A stretch of 64,000 nucleotides of DNA from an uncultured Candidatus Saccharibacteria bacterium (GTDB lineage Bacteria > Patescibacteriota > Minisyncoccia > Phycocordibacterales > UBA5272). Under the pieces are notes generated by a model. That model was not told where the DNA came from, searched no databases, and saw only the letters and a program-made list of their open reading frames with translations. Below, one piece after another: positions 59,588 to 64,000 of this stretch. A program made the translations under genes and the position numbers. The DNA lies in assembly GCA_964369115.1 (NCBI GenBank), contig CAYJED010000001.1, positions 3,732 to 67,731 of the forward strand, given 5' to 3'. Position 1 is the stretch's first letter; every line of letters begins with the position of its first letter.

Positions 59588-59941
59588 ATGAAACATCATA
59601 AAGCATTCAGAAAATTCGGTAGAGAAAAGAATCAGCGCAAGGCATTTGTGCGTGGTCTTATAATCAACCTTATCCGCCATGGAAAAATTGAAACAACACT
59701 TGCTCGAGCAAAGGAAATTCGTCCTTTTGTAGAGAAGCTTGTTACTCTTTCTAAGGAAGATACAGTAGCTCGTCGTCGTCTTGTGATGTCTCGTCTTCTT
59801 AATCAGGAATATGAGGTAAAGAAACTCTTTGCTGAGTACGCTCCTAAGTTTAAGGATGTTAACGGTGGATACACTCGTATTCTTAAGCTTCCTACACGTC
59901 TTTCTGACGGCGCTCTAAAAGCTGTTATCGAATTTGTTTAA
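59588..59941 (+). CDS. rplQ: 50S ribosomal protein L17
   Basis: RKFGREKNQRKAF... Confidence 0.9.
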   Translation: MKHHKAFRKFGREKNQRKAFVRGLIINLIRHGKIETTLARAKEIRPFVEKLVTLSKEDTVARRRLVMSRLLNQEYEVKKLFAEYAPKFKDVNGGYTRILKLPTRLSDGALKAVIEFV

Positions 59942-59954
59942 TATTTTTACTACT

Positions 59955-60299
59955 ATGAATCACACAATTGACGCAACAGGAAAGGCATTAGGACGTTTAG
60001 CAAGTGAAGTTGCTGCTCTCCTTAATGCAAAAAATAGTGTTAACTTCGTTAAGAATCGCGTAGCAGATGTAACTGTTACTGTGGTTAACGCAAGTAAACT
60101 TAAAGTTACAGGAAACAAGATGAACGAAAGTGTTCATAAGTCATACTCTGGATATCCAGGAGGTCTTAAAGAAATGCCTCTTAAGTATGTTGTTGCCAAG
60201 AAAGGGTACGCTGAGCTCATCACTCACGCAGTAAACGGAATGCTCCCAAAGAATCGTCTTCAGGATATTCGTATTAAGAATCTCATCATCAAAGATTAA
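59955..60299 (+). CDS. rplM: 50S ribosomal protein L13
   Basis: Start set at MNHTIDATGKALGRLAS. Confidence 0.9.
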   Translation: MNHTIDATGKALGRLASEVAALLNAKNSVNFVKNRVADVTVTVVNASKLKVTGNKMNESVHKSYSGYPGGLKEMPLKYVVAKKGYAELITHAVNGMLPKNRLQDIRIKNLIIKD

Positions 60300-60304
60300 T
60301 TATT

Positions 60305-60712
60305 ATGTCAGTAGAAACTAAGAATCGCTATATAGAAGCCGTTGGTCGCCGCAAGACTGCTGTTGCTCGTGTACGTATTACACCAGGAACAAAGTCATCT
60401 TTTGTTATTAATGATAAAGATGTTAAAGAATACTTTACAACATCTGATCTTCAGTCTATTGCACAGGAAGCACTTTCAAAGTCAGAGATTAGTGAGAAGT
60501 TTACTGTTACTGTTAAGGTAATGGGAGGTGGTATCCACGCTCAGGCTGAAGCTGTTCGTCACGGACTTTCTCGTACTCTTGTGGAGCGCGATGAACAGGT
60601 GAAGAACACTCTTAAGAAGCTTGGCTTCCTTAAGCGTGACTCACGTCAAGTTGAACGTAAGAAGTTCGGACTTAAGAAGGCTCGTAAAGCTCCTACTTGG
60701 TCAAAGCGCTAG
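60305..60712 (+). CDS. rpsI: 30S ribosomal protein S9
   Basis: C-terminus KKARKAPTWSKR. Confidence 0.93.
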   Translation: MSVETKNRYIEAVGRRKTAVARVRITPGTKSSFVINDKDVKEYFTTSDLQSIAQEALSKSEISEKFTVTVKVMGGGIHAQAEAVRHGLSRTLVERDEQVKNTLKKLGFLKRDSRQVERKKFGLKKARKAPTWSKR

Positions 60713-60737
60713 CAAAATTGTTTCATCTACTTTATCG

Positions 60738-60800
60738 AAACCCCGTTTTTGTTAGTCGTCGTACGTCTATGTACGACTTCTTCCAAAAACGGGGTTTCTT
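60738..60800 (+). terminator. Long hairpin after rpsI; a second hairpin with T-run lies at 60857-60886
   Basis: GAAACCCCGTTTTT...AAAAACGGGGTTTC extended stem. Confidence 0.5.
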
Positions 60801-60946
60801 CGTGTATCTAAAGCAATTTTATAGCGCTCTAAAGCATTAACCTGTATGCAATAAACAAAACCGCACAACTATGCGGTTTTGTTGTGTCTAACAAGTAAGT
60901 TGTTGTGTGAGTAGTAAGTGATATACTTTGCATATTATATATAGAT

Positions 60947-62452
60947 ATGTTTTCTAAAAAAGCTATTATAGGATTTTTTGTTCTTCTCACTTCTTTTTCG
61001 TTAGCAAGCGCAAACTCCACATCGACATGTGTGACCTTTACTCAGAATCTTGGTTTTGGATCAAAACATAGTGAAATTGCTTTACTTCAAAAATTCCTTG
61101 TAGATAGCGGCTATAGTTCTGTACGACTTAATGGTGCTTTTGACTGGAGAACAGAATCTGCGGTAAAGAAATTCCAGAAAAATAATAATGTGTTTCCGTC
61201 TGGTTTTTTTGGGCCTATGACGAGAGCGAAGATGAAGGAGGTGGGTTGTAAAGATATAAATAAAACTTTGAGTTCAATAACAGGGGTGGCAAGTTCTTCG
61301 CCGTCAGATAAGACAAAAATAACTGAAGGCGATGTTACGAAAAAGTCTGCACCAAAACCAACGTTGTCAGTTTATGCCAACCCTTCGATTATTGAACCGA
61401 AGACTCCAGAGATGAACATTTTTAATACTTCAACAATTAGATGGAAGTCATCAAATACAAAAGAATGCTCTGTGGCTGTTTTAGGGCAAGGTTTTTCTAG
61501 AGTTACCCCAACGCAAAAGTGGAAATCAAATGATGAACAAGGGGTGTATGTAGACGCTTCACTTTTGACAGCAAAAGTTACTTGTATTGGTCAAAATGAC
61601 GAGAAGATTTCAAAAGAAGTGTATGTACGAATTAAATCAAAGGAGGAGCCTTATTCAAGCGCTAAACAAAATGAACCAGGGGTTAAGCGTTTTGAGCTGT
61701 ACATGAGTAGGCATTTAGCAATTATTTCTTATCTTACAAGAGATGAGGCAATTGCACATTGCAAATTAACTCTTCAGAATAATCCAAAAAAATCAGTTGA
61801 GTGTATGTGGGGTGAAGAAAAAGTATTTGGGGTTTTTGGCGAAGAAGACCTTAAGTTTTTCAAAGATGGCGGAGTAGATCAAGAAACTATCAAAGGGTTT
61901 ATTTTATCTGGCACAAAGACAGATTCAGCTATTAGTATGGGTAAAAATGATAATGTAGTAAAAGAAACAACCCCTAGTGTATCGATAAAGGATGCTTCAT
62001 TGCAAGGTGTCAAAAAATACACATTAGATGACCTAAGAAAACACATAGCGAACTCTGCTTCTTATGGCCCTGACATTCCTTTCACTATTCAAGATAGCTC
62101 AGATTCCTCTTTTGCTAATAATTCAGAATATAAAATTTCTGATACAGATTATTTAGTAAAAGTTTATAAACCTGGTTCTTCTTATGAAGGTTATTCAATT
62201 TCTTTTTTTATTCTAAACTCTGAAAAAAAGCTGGAGATGGAATTGCTTAATGCTGCTTGTGATCCTGGTGTTAGTTTTATTGTTGATAATTATAATGCTG
62301 ACAGTTATAAATTTGATATGGGTAGAGTAGATATTTGTAAAAACAGTCCGAACTCTAATGTTAAAAATACATTTTCTAGCCATGCATCCAAAGAAGCGAT
62401 CAGAGCACTACTTTCTTCTAGAACACAGGTTGGCAGCGGTAAAATAACGTAA
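60947..62452 (+). CDS. Secreted protein with an N-terminal peptidoglycan-binding-like domain
   Basis: Signal peptide, followed by a PG_binding_1-like segment (IALLQKFLVDSGY...ESAVKKFQKNNNV). Confidence 0.55.
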   Translation: MFSKKAIIGFFVLLTSFSLASANSTSTCVTFTQNLGFGSKHSEIALLQKFLVDSGYSSVRLNGAFDWRTESAVKKFQKNNNVFPSGFFGPMTRAKMKEVGCKDINKTLSSITGVASSSPSDKTKITEGDVTKKSAPKPTLSVYANPSIIEPKTPEMNIFNTSTIRWKSSNTKECSVAVLGQGFSRVTPTQKWKSNDEQGVYVDASLLTAKVTCIGQNDEKISKEVYVRIKSKEEPYSSAKQNEPGVKRFELYMSRHLAIISYLTRDEAIAHCKLTLQNNPKKSVECMWGEEKVFGVFGEEDLKFFKDGGVDQETIKGFILSGTKTDSAISMGKNDNVVKETTPSVSIKDASLQGVKKYTLDDLRKHIANSASYGPDIPFTIQDSSDSSFANNSEYKISDTDYLVKVYKPGSSYEGYSISFFILNSEKKLEMELLNAACDPGVSFIVDNYNADSYKFDMGRVDICKNSPNSNVKNTFSSHASKEAIRALLSSRTQVGSGKIT

Positions 62453-62484
62453 TACTTGACGTTGCGATTAATGATGTAGATGTT

Positions 62485-62883
62485 GTGTCTAATAATAAAA
62501 GAATGGTTTTGCGAAAAAAGATCACTTTTAACGTTGATGAAAAAAGTGCTAAACGTAATCTTGAGCGTGGTGCCGGCATAGAAACTATTCTTCAGGCGTT
62601 AAAACAGTACGCTGTTGATCACAAAGGTGACCTTCCTGCAGGTATCTCGGCAGCACCTGTCGAGATCTGCTCATCTTCTGTTGCTAGAACTTCATGTAGA
62701 GGGCTTGCTGATCTTTCTGTAATTACTCGTGACGGTCAGTATATCGGAGCAATTCCTAGCGAGCCATTAAAAACTAAGGCTAATGGAGCAGGGTATTTGG
62801 TCTCACGTGACGACGTTACAAAACGCTTGACTGTAAGTGCGCAGTTCCCTGAAGAAGGTTTTACGATCTCTAAAACGCGTTAA
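62485..62883 (+). CDS. Hypothetical protein
   Basis: 132-aa ORF followed by a hairpin terminator at about 62892-62925. Confidence 0.45.
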   Translation: MSNNKRMVLRKKITFNVDEKSAKRNLERGAGIETILQALKQYAVDHKGDLPAGISAAPVEICSSSVARTSCRGLADLSVITRDGQYIGAIPSEPLKTKANGAGYLVSRDDVTKRLTVSAQFPEEGFTISKTR

Positions 62884-63018
62884 AGGTAAGAAACAAAACA
62901 TTGTAGTAGTGGGGTTTTGTTTACAACACTAAAGCACTTTTGTAAATAAGATAAAATAATATAAAATAAATGTTTCTATTGAAAAGGCGACTCTAAATAA
63001 ACTGCAAGTAAATTTTTC

Positions 63019-63047
63019 TTGACTTTTTTTGTGCGTACCTGTATAAA
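63019..63047 (+). promoter_or_regulatory. Sigma-70-like promoter (TTGACT-17-TATAAA) upstream of grpE
   Basis: Hexamers with 17-nt spacing seen in the sequence. Confidence 0.5.
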
Positions 63048-63139
63048 AATAAGGTACTGTAATGATTGATTTTCTGCTATGATTGTATGACCGTATTCCT
63101 GTGATTATTATTGATTATTGAAAACACCTAAGAATATTT

Positions 63140-63739
63140 ATGAACGATACTAATGAAGACCCTATTCTAGATGTTAATGAACCTATTAATGAAGAAAGAG
63201 ACGATATTTCTTTCGAAGAAGTAAATGAAGATGGTGAGGTGAATGCTCGTGATACCATCAAAAAATTACGAGAAAAAATTAAAACGCTTGAAGCTGAAAA
63301 GCAAGAATATCTTGATCTCTCTCAGCGTACTCGAGCAGATTATGTTAACTACAAAAAAGAAGTAGAAGCAAATCGCGTAGCAGATAGAAAATTTGCTACA
63401 AAACGCTTTATTGAATCACTTCTCCCAGTACTTGATGCATATGATATGGCACAAGCAAATAAAGAAGCTTGGGAAAAAGTTGATGCAAATTGGCGTATGG
63501 GTATTGAGTATATCTTTACTCAATTTAAAACTATTTTAGAAGGAGAAGGGGTAACACAATTTGGAAAAATTGGTGATACATTTGATCCACTTCTTTACGA
63601 GAGTATGGAGCATGTGAAAGTAGAAAATGAATCTGAAAACGACAAGATAGTTCGTGTACTCCAAAACGGCTACAAGATTCACGACACTATACTTCGTCCA
63701 GCTCGAGTGTATACAGGGCATTTTGAAAACAATAAGTAA
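63140..63739 (+). CDS. grpE: Nucleotide exchange factor GrpE
   Basis: Coiled-coil region followed by the GrpE C-terminal domain (RADYVNYKKEVE...LPVLDAYDMA...FDP). Confidence 0.88.
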   Translation: MNDTNEDPILDVNEPINEERDDISFEEVNEDGEVNARDTIKKLREKIKTLEAEKQEYLDLSQRTRADYVNYKKEVEANRVADRKFATKRFIESLLPVLDAYDMAQANKEAWEKVDANWRMGIEYIFTQFKTILEGEGVTQFGKIGDTFDPLLYESMEHVKVENESENDKIVRVLQNGYKIHDTILRPARVYTGHFENNK

Positions 63740-63758
63740 ACGTTTTGTATTTACTAGC

Positions 63759-63784
63759 AACTATTAACCATTAACTATTAACTG
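63759..63784. promoter_or_regulatory. YATTAAC heptad triple repeat between grpE and dnaK
   Basis: AACTATTAACCATTAACTATTAACTG, ending 10 nt before the dnaK ATG. Confidence 0.4.
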
Positions 63785-63785
63785 A

Positions 63786-64000
<215 letters not shown>

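Noticed and set aside
63000-63140. CIRCE (HrcA) operator upstream of grpE/dnaK
   Set aside because: No TTAGCACTC-N9-GAGTGCTAA-like inverted repeat is present. Only a sigma-70-like promoter, and the heptad motif between grpE and dnaK.

Overview
Low-GC (about 35-40%) bacterial chromosomal segment with compact housekeeping content. Several core proteins are unusually short (IF-2 509 aa, AlaS 637 aa, Rel 492 aa, pyruvate kinase 358 aa), which is consistent with a reduced-genome lineage such as Candidate Phyla Radiation, but that is inference only. Identifiable genes: parB, rel/spoT, topA-dprA, infB-rbfA, infA-rpmJ-rpsM-rpsK-rpsD-rpoA-rplQ-rplM-rpsI, lysS, leuS, alaS, eno, a 2-hydroxyacid-dehydrogenase::phosphoglycerate-mutase fusion, pyk, clpB, grpE, dnaK (partial), rnhB, mltG, an ECF sigma factor with a putative anti-sigma partner, a cysteine desulfurase, and six tRNAs (Lys-CTT, Cys-GCA, Leu-TAA, Leu-TAG, Tyr-GTA). 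Most interesting observations: (1) two homologous structured RNA elements with compensatory stem changes flank tRNA-Leu(TAA), and the second sits directly upstream of a YjdF/DUF2238 gene, making it a candidate yjdF-class riboswitch; (2) a direct heptad repeat (YATTAAC x2-3) recurs immediately upstream of clpB, dnaK, an SOD-like gene, a four-helix-bundle gene (flanked by inverted copies) and a hypothetical gene, suggesting a stress-regulon operator with no resemblance to CIRCE or HAIR; (3) two sharply bounded high-GC islands (about 14.3-15.6 kb, next to tRNA-Leu and a free-standing LAGLIDADG endonuclease, and about 19.4-20.2 kb), followed by a moderate-GC block carrying an HhH-GPD glycosylase and a second ParB-like nuclease; (4) a decaying ArsR-rhodanese-persulfide dioxygenase-TauE operon with frameshifts at poly-A tracts; (5) a PD-(D/E)XK nuclease-like gene with a perfect 16-bp palindrome upstream, next to tRNA-Tyr and a start-less ORF remnant. 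No CRISPR array, rRNA gene or transposase was seen.
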